A stretch of 63,709 nucleotides of DNA, filler included, from Parasitella parasitica NRRL 2501 (Eukaryota; Fungi; Mucoromycota): the NCBI GenBank assembly GCA_025201805.1. It is 10 parts of 10 records of this genome, joined end to end, with 100 filler letters (N's around TTAATTAATTAA, not from the genome) between each part and the next. Parts side by side here need not be neighbours in the genome. Positions count along the whole stretch, not along the records: positions 35,157 to 46,777 come from MU619356.1; positions 46,878 to 48,760 come from MU619594.1; positions 48,861 to 53,672 come from MU619382.1; 7 more parts are not named here. The stretch is one strand, 5' to 3'. The translations under genes and the position numbers were made by a program. Under the pieces are notes generated by a model. The model saw nothing but the letters and a program-made list of their open reading frames with translations. It searched no databases and was not told where the DNA came from. Positions within the stretch are counted from its first letter, which is position 1. Each line of letters begins with the position of its first letter. Shown here one piece after another: positions 36,998 to 49,669 of this stretch.

Positions 36998-37829
36998 CTA
37001 GATTATAGGAATGCAGGATTTCATGGTTCAATGATGAATCATCCTAATGATGATATGTTTATGCTTTCTTCTCAAGTAGAGTATAACAATAACAACGGCC
37101 ATAACAGCAGTAGCAACAGACACTCTATTGGTGGTCTTGTTGGTAGTTATAACAACAGCAGTGGGCATGCTAATCCCAATGGCCCTTATTCTGTCTACCA
37201 ACAGCAACAGCAACAGCATCAACAGCAGCAGCAGCAACAGCATGAAAAACCATCAAACGCTGGGCCAAACAACAGAATGTACTTTTCTGACGATCTGCTC
37301 GATGATGGTAAAGCACAATATTTTTTTTTTGATTCATGCAAAAACATGGTTATTTATTTGTACATGATATGCAGGACATAAATCAATGTTACCTGGTAAC
37401 CTTTCATCTCCTACATCTTCTGAAGCAGGTAATTTCGAGATAATGATAATAAAGCAAAGCTTCTTGATTCGTATTAAATGCATATCACTGTAGGTAATAA
37501 AACTTCTGCATTCCATTTACCACCTTCGCGGACTAGCGGCGAGTACGAAAGCTCAACCACGGCAACCACAACGACATCGCCGTCTACCGTTTCCACATCT
37601 GCTGAACGCAGACAGAGTTTGATCATGTCAACTCCCAGAGTGGTTAGTCCTCGACACCACCCATACATGTCACCTGGAAAAGTGTACACGCCTACTATCA
37701 TGTCGTCTCTACAATCCTACCGCCAGTCTTCTTTGGACGAAGACAGAAAAGACGGTGGAAATGACATTGACGGTCAGCAACAGACCATGGCTGCTGCTGC
37801 CGCCGCTGCTGCCGATATCAATCGACATC
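35253..37829 (+). CDS. APSES transcription factor (StuA/Efg1/Sok2-like), multi-exon, 3' end in gap
   Basis: [30 protein letters not shown]|[34 protein letters not shown]|ITFARAK; polyQ/A/H/S tracts. Confidence 0.95.
36923..36997 (+). repeat. ~75-nt poly(T) at an intron 3' end of the APSES gene
   Basis: Uninterrupted T run just before the CTAG acceptor; length may be a sequencing artefact. Confidence 0.85.
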
Positions 37830-38669
37830 NNNNNNNNNNNNNNNNNNNNNNNNNNNNNNNNNNNNNNNNNNNNNNNNNNNNNNNNNNNNNNNNNNNNNNN
37901 NNNNNNNNNNNNNNNNNNNNNNNNNNNNNNNNNNNNNNNNNNNNNNNNNNNNNNNNNNNNNNNNNNNNNNNNNNNNNNNNNNNNNNNNNNNNNNNNNNNN
38001 NNNNNNNNNNNNNNNNNNNNNNNNNNNNNNNNNNNNNNNNNNNNNNNNNNNNNNNNNNNNNNNNNNNNNNNNNNNNNNNNNNNNNNNNNNNNNNNNNNNN
38101 NNNNNNNNNNNNNNNNNNNNNNNNNNNNNNNNNNNNNNNNNNNNNNNNNNNNNNNNNNNNNNNNNNNNNNNNNNNNNNNNNNNNNNNNNNNNNNNNNNNN
38201 NNNNNNNNNTACAACATGTACTAGAAAACCAGAACCAAAAAAAAAATAAAAAAAAATAAAACTTTAAATTTTCTCATGTTTACATGTTTGTTTATCCTGT
38301 ATTATATTAGTGCGTGCAATTTGAAATCTACAGCATAAATCAAGGTTCTAATTTTGTAGGGCTGTTTTATACATAACAGATACATGTTTATCGCTTATAC
38401 AAAAGGAGAAAGTTCGTGCCCTAAAATGTTGCCAGTTTCATAGCGCATTTCATGCAAATTAAAAGGCTATTCGAATATACATCATATAAACAATATCACG
38501 TGCAGAGTGAGAGAATTCAAGCGTTCAGGTCCAAACGACGTGAATTACATAAAGTTGCTAGCAAACCAGGAGAATATATTTAGATATAAATATTGACAAG
38601 AGGGATTTTCTAGCCTTTTTTTTCTTCTTCTTCTTTACACATCTACATCAAAGAATAGGTAAAACAAAA

Positions 38670-40596
38670 ATGACTGCTGGCTATCGTCCTGGTTCACCCG
38701 GAAGACCTGGTTCCTCAAGACCCGGCTCCCCTGGAGTCCACACAAAGGTAGAGGAAGATTTGCACACCATGGCCGGTATTGATTACGACAAGGCAAGTAT
38801 ATAAAGTGCATGGCAAACACCGCTCATGATGGGAGACTAACCGCAGCATGCTTGTAGGTTACCATCAAGCATAATCCCACAGTAGCTGTACTCTACGAAG
38901 AGGCATTAACGCACGAAGTCGGCACAGTCATCTCCTCCACTGGTGCCTTGTGTTCCTACTCTGGCAAAAAGACTGGCAGAAGTCCCAACGATAAGCGTAT
39001 TGTGGAGGAAGAGCAGACTGGTAAAGACATTTGGTGGGGGCCTGTCAACACTAAAATGAGCGAAAGAGTATTCTTGATCAACCGTGAGCGTGCTATTGAT
39101 TATTTGAACACACATCCTCGTTTATACGTCTTTGATGGCTTTGCTGGCTGGGACCCTAAATACCGCAAAAAGATCAGAATCATTGCCTCCAGAGCCTATC
39201 ACATCTTGTTTATGCGCAACATGTTGATCAGACCCACAGAAGAGGAGTTGGAAGACTTTGGTACTCCTGACTTTACCATTTTCAATGCTGGTGAATTCCC
39301 TGCAAACCGCTACACCACTGGCATGACCTCAACCACCTCCATCTCTGTCAATTTCAAGCGCCATGAAATGGTCATTCTTGGCTCTGAATACGCCGGTGAA
39401 ATGAAAAAGGGCGTAAGTATCCATGTTACACGATAGCTATACAGCGTACCTAACTGGATTCCATGGCAGGTCTTTACTGTAATGCACTATTTAATGCCCA
39501 AAGCTGGTGTTCTCTCTCTCCATTCATCTGCTAATGAAGGCCCTGACGGAGATGTCTCGCTCTTCTTTGGTCTATCCGGTAATTACTAACCAGACCGTGA
39601 GAACGAACAGAGACTAAAAATATGTAACTAAAAAAGGTACTGGCAAGACCACCCTTAGTGCAGATCCCAAGCGTCGATTAATCGGAGATGACGAGCATTG
39701 CTGGAGTGATACAGGCATCTTCAATATCGAAGGCGGTTGCTATGCAAAATGCATTGATTTGTCTGCAGACAAGGAACCAGAGATCTTCAATGCTATTAGA
39801 TTTGGTTCCGTGCTTGAAAACGTCGTACTCAATGAAGAGTCTCGTGAGGTTGACTATGCCGATGATTTCTTGACGGAAAACACTCGATGCGCCTACCCCA
39901 TTGGTAAGAATGACAACTAGGTTGCTATCTTGCTTTGTAGATATTCACAGCATTCATTTATTCATTCATTTTACAGACTATATCCCCAATGCAAAGATCC
40001 CTTGCGTAGGCGGTCATCCCAAGAACATCATTCTTTTGACCTGCGATGCCTTTGGTGTTATTCCACCCGTCTCCAAGCTCACTCCTAGCCAAGTCATGTA
40101 CCATTTCATCAGTGGTTACACTACCAAGGTAGCCGGTACTGAAGACGGTATCGTTGAGCCTACACCTACATTCAGTGCTTGCTTTGGTGCACCTTTCCTT
40201 GTGCTGCACCCTCAAAAGTATGCGACTATGCTCGCTGAAAAGATGAGCGCGCATGCAGCTGATGCTTGGTTGATCAACACGGGCTGGGTAGGTAACTCTG
40301 CCAAGAACGGAGGTAAACGCTGCCCACTTAAATACACCCGCGCCATCTTGGACGCCATCCACAACGGTACCTTGACTGACGGTCAGTTTGAGACCTACGA
40401 GGTCTTTGGTCTTTCTATCCCTACCTCTGTAGAGGGCGTTCCTGATGAGATATTGCACCCCAGAAAGGCATGGCAAGGTGTTCCTGAAGATTTCCAAACT
40501 TCCCTTGCAAGCGTTGCCGAAATGTTTGTAAACAACTTCAAGACCTTCCAAGATGAGGCTAGCCCTGAAACTTGCAATGCAGGCCCCCAGATTTAA
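38670..40596 (+). CDS. PCK1: Phosphoenolpyruvate carboxykinase (ATP), 5 exons
   Basis: [28 protein letters not shown]|[38 protein letters not shown]. Confidence 0.97.
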
Positions 40597-41234
40597 GCCT
40601 TTTTATCTCTGGGCATTTAGTCGACAGCATTATTTTGGCAAATAAAACCAGAATTGAACAAATTAAAATCACTGCCACATAGTGATTATGCAAGCTTGAT
40701 AATAAAGCATAACAGAAAAGTGATGTTTTCGTATTTTTGGGCTTCAACCACTATGTAAGATCAAGAACTTGTTTCTAGAGCCTGTTGCTTGCTACNNNNN
40801 NNNNNAAAAAAAAAAAAAAAAAAAAAAAGCACCAGGAAAATGCTTATTCGTGACCCCACCCAGGTTGTCTTTGTTGCGACCTCTGGCATGGCAAGTGTTC
40901 CCAAATTCAGGTCTGTGCTAGTGATATTAGTTTCAATGACTCAGTCATCATGTGTTGATCAGCCATGTTATCGATAAAAGACCAATTTAAAGGATAACCC
41001 TATACCTTGGCAATCCTTTTTCACAGGCAAATAACCAGGTATAATCAGCTTTTAAGCCGATAAACTATATATATATATATATATATATTTATAATATATA
41101 AGAAAAACACAAAACTATGTACTGAAATCATCATTATGCATGATCATAGCATACTGGTGTTTAGGAGCAGGGGGGAAATTTATTGCGAGATCACAAAGTA
41201 TAAAACTGTACTAGCGTAAACCAAGGTTTTCGCT

Positions 41235-42014
41235 TTAAAAGGTCGATTGGCCATTCACCTTGGAGGGTGTCTACATGAATGTTACATGAGTACAGTGTCG
41301 ATTGATTCAGCACAGGTTTAAATGTACTTGCCATAATCTTCAAAAATTCTTCATAGTTGATTAAACCATCTCCATCAACATCAGCAGAAGCCATCATTTC
41401 TTCAATCTCCGTTTCCGTAAGCGAAGTTCCTATGCAACTCAATGAATATACAGCGGGATGCGAGTATTCCTTTTTTTTTATGTTTGCAATAGTTACCGAA
41501 CAAAGAAACACCACGCTTCAAATCATCACCATTGATTTGGCCATCATTATCAGTATCAAGCATTTCGAAAACCCTTGCAACACCCTCTTCAGCATTTTTG
41601 TCGTGTTGCTAGAGAAAAAAACAAACCAATAAAATGGAAAAGTGAGAATTTGAAGTAAGGGTTTGAGGAGATGAGGGGAAGGAAGTTACCTTGGTCATGA
41701 CCGCTAAAAACTCGTCAAAGTGAATTTTACCAGCGTTCTTTGTATCAGCAGCGCTAAACTGGTATGTTTATGAGAAAATGGGTTTCTTGAGTGTTGAGAA
41801 AAACTTACCTGAGAATTGATTTCAGCGTCACTTGCAGTAATGCCAGCAGCCTTATAGATCTCTCTCAAGGTTTCGACGGTCATTCCATCACCATTTGTAA
41901 GACTCTCAAACTTGTCTTGCCAATGATTGATCTCAGCATCAGTAAGTGTTGAACCAGACTGTATTTCTGTTAATTGTACGGTCCGATGTCGTATAAAAGA
42001 AACACACTTACCAT
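41235..42014 (-). CDS. Calmodulin-like EF-hand protein (divergent)
   Basis: ATG-only first coding exon; EF loops [36 protein letters not shown]; last exon depends on a GC-AG intron (otherwise ends at 41191). Confidence 0.88.
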
Positions 42015-42142
42015 GACTAATTATGAATATATTAATGTACAAAAAGAAGAAAAGTGAGAGAGAAAAAAGAAAAAACAACAAGACGGATTGAAAATACAAC
42101 TTATCAAGATTGAAAAAGAAAGGGATGCTGTATCGATTTGCG

Positions 42143-42150
<8 letters not shown>

Positions 42151-42180
<30 letters not shown>
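42151..42180. repeat. (AC)15 microsatellite upstream of the calmodulin-like gene
   Basis: Directly visible. Confidence 0.95.
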
Positions 42181-42182
<2 letters not shown>

Positions 42183-44823
42183 TCTGTATCTTAAGATTAG
42201 TATACAAACAAAATCCTTTGGGAGATTATTATCATGAAGGGAAATAATGCTATATATGTGCAACATCACTCCAAACAAAGAAATTCGTGTAATTTTTGGT
42301 GCATTTCGGAAATGTTTTGTGTTGAAATTAGACCAAAGAGCGGATAAAGCAGATCTATACTGCTGGTCAACATCACAGATCAGTAACGAGAACAAAATGC
42401 CGGCGTGAACCCAATAAAAAAATCTTGGTGATTGCAAGTAACGCTTTATATTGTTTATTTGCTTCTTATCTAATTTTGAAACAACATGAATGAAATATCA
42501 CAAACATCACTGAACGTGTTTTGTAATAATATTGAGCCATATTTTATATTATCTTCAATTTCGCTTGGATAGTATTGTATTCAAAGTTGTCTTGTTTAAA
42601 TCTTTTTGAAATGTAACTTTGATGTACAAAATTGAACGTAGTCGCATCAAGGCATTGTTGAACATTTTCAAGCTGGTCGTGGTACAAAAAGTCAACCTGA
42701 TCTTCAAATGCCTTTCTTCATCGTCTTATCAATCAATGGCTGTTGTATAATAGATGGCAACCAAGAAGGGAGTAATTGGGGACCATTTTGACGCCTCAGA
42801 CGTCATTTTCATATGAGGAGAAGCTTGTTTGTCAAGGTCTGGAGAGACGTTGAAGCATCTGATGGATATCACATTCAGGAAGAGGTGCTGCTGGAGGACT
42901 TGGTCTCTCATCTTTACAGAAGATTTTTGCTGCAATTCGACAATTGGCTTACGGTATTCCTGCCGACTCAGTGGATGAATACATCCTTAATCGGGGGGTC
43001 TGCTGCTATCGTTAGCTTGCAGTAGGCACGTACAGAGTAGAATTCTTCGCAAACCTACCGCCGTACTTGATAATGATCAATAAAAGTAGCTCATTAACTT
43101 TCAAACTTCATAGCTCTCGTTATTAATTGTAGTCTTTCTTTCAACTGCCAATTTCTTTTTTCCTCTTTTGTTTCTATTTCTTCTCTCTCAATAATTATCT
43201 GCTTTGTTTTTCTTTTACATCTTATTTTATTTGTATTTTTTTTTCTTTGAGTTTACACCTCTTTGATTGCCCCTCAGTTGATGCCACTGAGGCCAATTCC
43301 TTCTGTTTATAAGATGCTTCAATGGCCTGTATTGGGCTTTTCTTTTAGCCTTCAGTTACTTTTCCTTAGATAATACATTAATTAACTCAAAGTTACCGAC
43401 TAAATATACTGGGAAAGGTGCATTGCTTGCATTATCAGCTTAGCAGCTGTTGTGCCACGCGACACGTTAATTTCCCTTGCACATATTCTTTAATGAAACA
43501 CATGATGCATTGTTCTAAAGATGGTAAAGGTGGTATACTTATAAATTAGACTATGGGTATTCATCAGTCAATTATACTTTATTACAATAAATATAGCAAG
43601 TGTGTAAAATATATCAAAAATCATGTCTTTTATTGCCTCGTAATGTATACTCGTTCCTGAAATATTGGAACATGAGATTTCTATTGGGCAGATCAGCAAA
43701 AAAGTGGTGCCTGAGTAATTTTTGCCCTGATTTCAAGTTAAGCCAGCAGAAATTAAAGTTCAAGGCATAAAAAAGGTATTACTGCGTAACTCTACCTACA
43801 GTGCGGCCGGTAGATTTTGTCAGCCCAGAAAAATGGATTGGCCGTTTATTAGTAAACAAGTGTCGTTTTCAGAATTTTATTTTGTCTTTTTGGGCCAAGT
43901 CTAATTGGCTTGACTGAGAGTTACAGTGCAATTGGCACTTTTAATACACCCAATTGGTATTAGTTTCAGGTATTCAAAATAATGATTTTTTTTTTATAAA
44001 TGGACGATCTTCTTTAAGGAAAATCAGACGCTAACCAAACGTCGATCGAAAATAGAAAATAAAAGTGAATAGCATTTGAATAAACTTGCAAGGGAATTAC
44101 TAAATTGTCGTGTATGTAAGTGAGAAGTAAGAAATTCAGAATCAGGAAAAGAATACTTGAGAATCTTTTTTAATTAATCGAATAAAGACTAGTAAATTAC
44201 TAAAGAAATTAAGAACAAAACTATCTACTACCTATGTATAAGATGATGTGAGACAAATACACCAGTTCTTCTGCGTTAGACTAGGTTATGAATGTAATTG
44301 ATATTGAGAATATTTCTATATTACTGAGTAAACTCCCAACAATTTCATGGTGTGCTTCTTTACAGTTTATGTCTATATGTCATGAATGTTCTCTTGTTTC
44401 GATTTACTATTTGATTATCTTACCTTTATCATTGATAACCAATGATATGATATAATAAATCAATATACGCTAATTCAAAGCCAAGGATACATTACTTCAT
44501 CCAACATTTAGGTCCATAATAATTTCTAATATTCGGAAGTGTATTTTGTTTCCTTATGAATGAATTATCTTATATTATTACATAGAATTGAGCTAATTGA
44601 TATTGGCAGGAAATATGCTTAGATAACACATCACAAATGCTAAGTGGTATCAGAGAGAGAAGCGAATTGTAGTTTATTTCTTAACTCTTTTTGTCAAGCT
44701 ACTTTAATTATCTCAAGCCATGAGAGAGGGGGGTTATATTTTGGAGGGATGCCTTTGACTTTTTTTCAATAGACGATCCTTGATCTTGTCTGCTGTAGTA
44801 AGGGAAATATTCTTTTAATTGAA

Positions 44824-45500
44824 TTAGCACAGCTTTGCATTCCATGATAAGTTTCTTAACTTCAGTTGTAAAAGATTAGCAACTATGTTAGGAAGTGATA
44901 CGAGACCTTGGAAATCTTTGAAGAGTGATGTCTTGCTTAATTGTACCATTCTGTAAATACCAGCATCGATTAACTCCATTTTGAACGTATATATATTAAA
45001 GCCAGTTACAAGCACACCACCACCAACAGGCATTTCCACTCCCTCTCAAATAATGTTGTTTAACGTCCATTTTATTTCTTGACCGATTTTCACCAGATCC
45101 GGTTTGGGATATACAACGCTGTGTTGACAGGTGAATTCGCTTCTGCACATGACAAGCCTAGACGCAGCGATCTTTGTTTGACAAAGACGGCCAAATCAGG
45201 CTTGAAATGACTCTGTTTATCCTCTTGATTTTTTCTCTTCCCTCCCAGTTGGCCATTCGCCCTGGATATTATATGTAGTATAATATATATCTTGTTAGCG
45301 AATCTTTTATGTCAATATTCGTTAGACATACCAAGCAGTATTGAGAAACGGGTCAGTCTGAAATACATTCTCGAAAAGATTGCTGATAAAAGAATCTTCA
45401 ATTTCCGAATCCGGTTTTCCATTTGCAAGTGTTGTAGCACCAAGTGGTTCAAAATCAATCAAGATATTCAATGCTCAATCAAATAAAAGGTTAAACCTAC
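44824..45500 (-). pseudogene. Degenerate gene with PD-(D/E)xK-like motifs (repeat-family/TE-associated)
   Basis: FKPDLAVFVK..CAEANSP..DLVKIGQEIKWTLNNII*EG..PVGGGVLVTGFNIYTFKMELIDAGIYRMVQL, with stops. Confidence 0.5.
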
Positions 45501-45838
45501 GCTCGATGTAGTATATTTGCTAAAATCAAGTCTTGAGGTTGTTCTTCCATGGTCAGCATTGCAGCATGAAGATATGGGATTGTTGCATTCTGGGCCTCAA
45601 ACCAATTCGTTAATCGTAGCTACAGAATTTTGATTGAATTTGCGAGCAAATGGCATAAGTGAAGGCCTAATTCTTCCACAAAAAAAAGCTTTACGGTAGA
45701 AAGTTTGGCTCTCTTTAATATACATCTATCGCTGATTGATACCATAGGATGGTTGGAAATATCTCTCATAATAGGTTGGCTATACAAGAATTATAGAATT
45801 GTCAAAGGAAGCGTCCATTTTTTGAAGCAACAAGTAAC

Positions 45839-46432
45839 TTTTTTTTTGTAAGTATGAAGGTTTATTAAATGTTAAACTAAGCTAAAAGTTAAGAAACTCA
45901 TAAAAAGAGAAATATTACGAAGTTAATATGACTATAATAAAAAAAGAGAGCGGGTGTAGGGATAAGTGACCCGTCTCGAGGATGTTCAAGAGTTATCTAC
46001 AATAATTTAAAGACGACAAGTGTCTCAGGTTGATCATGGCACGGTCTACAACGGATTGGTTGTCAAAATCAACAGTTTCAAAGAAGTTAAGCCATTTGGC
46101 CCGCCAGATGGCTGTGATCACGCATGTAAAGGCTTCAAAGGTAGATATCCGCAAGTTAGAGTCTAAGAGACGATATGCGGACAAATTTAACGACATTACG
46201 TCTTCGTATACTTTAGCCATATTGAGGAGTGCAGAGGGTACGAATACCAAGGAAAAGTAATTCCACCAGATTTCATAATGAGTGGAACAAGTAAAGAGCA
46301 TATGACAAGTAGTCCCCCGCATACCGCAATAGACACACATTTCATCGGTCAAACGAAGAATATTGACTAGGTTGGCTTTAGAAGAGACTTTGTTGTGGAT
46401 CAGACGAAACTATAAGTTACGAGCTGAACAAG
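45839..46432 (-). mobile_element. 3' end of an L1-like LINE (C-terminal Cys/His domain, 3'UTR, poly(A))
   Basis: FRLIHNKVSSK..CVYCG..HMLFTC..IWWNY..IWRAKW; AATAAA then A9 on the minus strand (T run 45839-45847). Confidence 0.88.
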
Positions 46433-46434
46433 TA

Positions 46435-46777
46435 CAGTGCTCTCGGCTTCAAATTGCGTCCAAAAAAAATTCATTGCGCATCTTTAATTTTCAAACAGCG
46501 CATATTTATTTGGTCAAATTGCGCACTTGTGATTTCTCAAACTGCGCTAATAAAAAAGTCAAACTGCATATTTTACAACTCAAATTGCATTATTTTTATT
46601 CGTACCTTTTTCATAAGCTATCTCTTTAAAAAGCAAATATCAGATCGATAACATGTACTCAATAAAAGGAAAAATTATTTTTGAAGATGGTCATGGATAT
46701 GTTTTTGATGAGAGCGGGAATGAAGCAATGGACTGGGATGAGGAAGTTGATCCTCATAATTTGGAGAACCTAACCAA
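46435..46777 (+). mobile_element. Tc1/mariner-like element 5' end with transposase N-terminus (ATG 46653)
   Basis: TA|CAGTG terminus; IFEDGHGYVFDESGNEAMDWDEE resembles YYEDGINAPVDEHGNEAVDMD of the 57669-59148 element. Confidence 0.75.
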
Positions 46778-46877
46778 NNNNNNNNNNNNNNNNNNNNNNN
46801 NNNNNNNNNNNNNNNNNNNNNTTAATTAATTAANNNNNNNNNNNNNNNNNNNNNNNNNNNNNNNNNNNNNNNNNNNN

Positions 46878-47102
46878 TACTACTAAGCCAGAACGGCTGA
46901 TTAGAATTCATAAAACAACATATAAAGAATAATGGAACGGTTAAGAAATAACAAAATAATTGTCTGCTAGTAAGACGACACTCAAATAATATAAATAGAG
47001 ATGTAAAATAACAGCTTATTGCAATTCAATCTACTTTCAAAATAAAGAAGGATTTTAATCGTATCTTGCTTTTTTACACTTTTTTTACTGCGTTTCGCTG
47101 CA
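46878..47102 (+). mobile_element. LTR-like family D, 3' part
   Basis: Near-identical reverse complement of ~49686-49913; ends GCTGCA against an LTR B fragment. Confidence 0.75.
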
Positions 47103-47299
47103 GGTAGGATGTCTTCCCGGCATCCCGCGATCTGGTCTAGATGTATTCTTTGAATACGCCTGGAACCTTGCAAGAGGTCCAATTACAACTTGTAGCTTAT
47201 TGCTTATTTGTAAAAGAATTACCTACAATCAATATCATGATCCGTGCATTTTGACTATAAGTTAGTTATGACATATGTAGCCTTTATGTGGGTAAAACA
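47103..47299 (-). mobile_element. LTR family B fragment
   Basis: Aligns to ~59838-60032. Confidence 0.85.
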
Positions 47300-47305
47300 A
47301 GTGCC

Positions 47306-47491
47306 ACTTAACTTTTATCCTGGTGCTCAGATCTGTATTACTGCAGTAATAACCTGCTTGATTTTTGATTTGAAACAGAGGCTTTATTCTCCAGTCTATA
47401 CAAGCGCATCATATCACATCATTCGGCAATCTTCAATCTTCAATTGAAGTACTCAATAACTTGATATCCTTTATATAATTGTGGAAGCTCA
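47306..47491 (-). mobile_element. Diverged LTR family A fragment
   Basis: Aligns to ~3180-3357. Confidence 0.8.
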
Positions 47492-47923
47492 AAGTTGCTC
47501 ATTCATCTGTAGAATTGACTTTGTGGCTGTAAAGTAACCCACAATTTGGCAACTTTCTATTTAAGTAGCATTTTTTTGGTCTTAATTCCTTGTGATCATA
47601 AAATAAGGCCCTATTATTTCTCAGAAATTTTTTTTAAAGAATTTTTCATTTACGTTTGAGTGTTCAATTGTTAGCCCGAAAACCAGCTGGAAGGTTAAAA
47701 AAGAGGCTCTAGATCTAGTCAAGCCTCTACTCCCATGCCGCAAGGGGAATATAAAGCTGCTGATCCACTGAAGAAAAAAAGAAAAAATAAAATGGGAAAA
47801 TTGGAGCCCTATTTATACTTTTTGGCGGACCAACAGTCCTCTAATTTATAGCAGTCAATAGCAGTCCAAACTTTATAAAAGTCAGTCTGCTTTGGAGGTC
47901 AAGCAGGTGTAAGGTGTTATCTC

Positions 47924-48437
47924 TGTTTAGAGGATGCAGATCAAATCTTAGCGGTAATGTATTATACTCTGTATAATACATCATAAAGCGAGCATGAGTA
48001 AAAATGCGTAGTAGAATGGAATGACTTTATTTAGACATGGCAAAGAGCCATAAGTGGTACCATTGAATGGCGAATCTTTATCCCAGTACAAAGTGGTGAT
48101 ATCCTATGACATTTAGTTCCTGAGGTCGGTGTTTAATCCTGATGAATGTTCTTCCATCAAAGCTACTAGGAACAACATTCTATCCTTTATACGTATCTAT
48201 GCTCTTGTCTTACTGGTAACTCGGAAAATCTTATCCACCAAGCTCCTAGGGATTGGTTCAAGGTGTACCCAATTATCCCTCATCCTAGATCATGGTCCTA
48301 TTGCTGCGGCACTGTCAAATAACTATAAATACCTTCAAAACATACACTAGTTTAAATCTTATTCAATCTTGGAATGGCAAAATAAATACATTCAGTTCTA
48401 ATTGTATTTTTCTGGCTATATTTTGTTATTCTAAACA
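47924..48437 (+). mobile_element. Solo LTR family E with 5-bp TSD ATCTC
   Basis: TGTTTAG...CTAAACA inverted termini; ATCTC at 47919-47923 and 48438-48442; TATAAATA and AATAAA. Confidence 0.9.
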
Positions 48438-48485
48438 ATCTCAAAATAAGTCAGTAAAATGAATCTGCCAAAGTGTTATATCAAT

Positions 48486-48760
48486 CACCATGGCGAAAAA
48501 TATTGACTGAATTGTCAACAGTGCTAATCAGTGTTGATAAAATACTAATATTATCAATAAAATGACAATATGGTCATTGATGATCATTGATAATTTAGTT
48601 AATCAATTGATTGTTATTGATTAAATCGTCAATGCAATGATAAACGAGTCAATTTCGATTATTGATAATACACTTGATCAATCGATCATCGATGACAAAA
48701 GCATCAATAGATTGACAAATGAGTCTGTTTTGATTATTGATAATATATTTAATCGATGAA
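48486..48760. mobile_element. CACTA-like terminus (CACCATGGCG) with ATTGAT/ATCAAT subterminal repeats
   Basis: Terminal 9-mer shared with 54745 and 53858-53866; many short direct and inverted repeats up to the contig end. Confidence 0.65.
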
Positions 48761-49669
48761 NNNNNNNNNNNNNNNNNNNNNNNNNNNNNNNNNNNNNNNN
48801 NNNNTTAATTAATTAANNNNNNNNNNNNNNNNNNNNNNNNNNNNNNNNNNNNNNNNNNNNTGATATGAGAATTTGTGATGTCATCTGATAACTTTATGGT
48901 TAGTAATAAAAACATGGAAGCCAACGTTGTTGCCAGATAGAGGTGAGTCAACGCCAAGTTTTCCAAGTTAGATCTCGGTTCTACGGTCATTTTAGCAGAA
49001 CTTATGAACAAATTTCTGATATTCATGATAAATATTGAAAAATAAAACTGTTTTTACACATAACTTTTGATAGAGACATCGCTCAGTGGTAACCAAGCTA
49101 TGCTCAGATAGCGATGATCATGCCTGTTCTTATGGCGCATAAGACAGTGTTTATTTTGCTCTTTATCAAAACCTATATGACACCATTTCTAGGAGGTATG
49201 TAAAACATATGATAATAGGAGTCTATATTCTTATAGTACTTTCTGCGGAAATTACAGGGTATGTTATATGCTCACTGGGCAATGTCAGTACTCTCACAAG
49301 CAGAAGTACGGTAAAAGTATACAGATTTTGTAGCCTAATTATGTTATTTCGTGTCATTAGCTTCCTTTTCATGCTACTACTCATAGTAATATTAAGTATA
49401 TGGATGTTTTTTAAGGTTTTCTCCATCAAAAATCACTATTTTTCAATGAAAATAGAACCAATCGAAAGCTATATATTAGCGGAGTTTGAATTTAAGGCAT
49501 TTTTGTAATTTAATCGCCGCCTAAAATATTTGAGGTTTCATTTCTGCAGAAATGCACGTTAATTTTATCAACTTGATAAAGATATACTGTAGATTTTATT
49601 ATTGAATTGGCAGGTGTATAACACTATGGGCTCCCCGATGTTCTCATGAGAATATAGATGTGCATGCAC

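Noticed and set aside
44645-44735. TGGTATCAGAG PBS-like and GAGAGAGGGGGG PPT-like motifs suggesting a TRIM
   Set aside because: No flanking direct repeats, adjacent CA end or TSD found.
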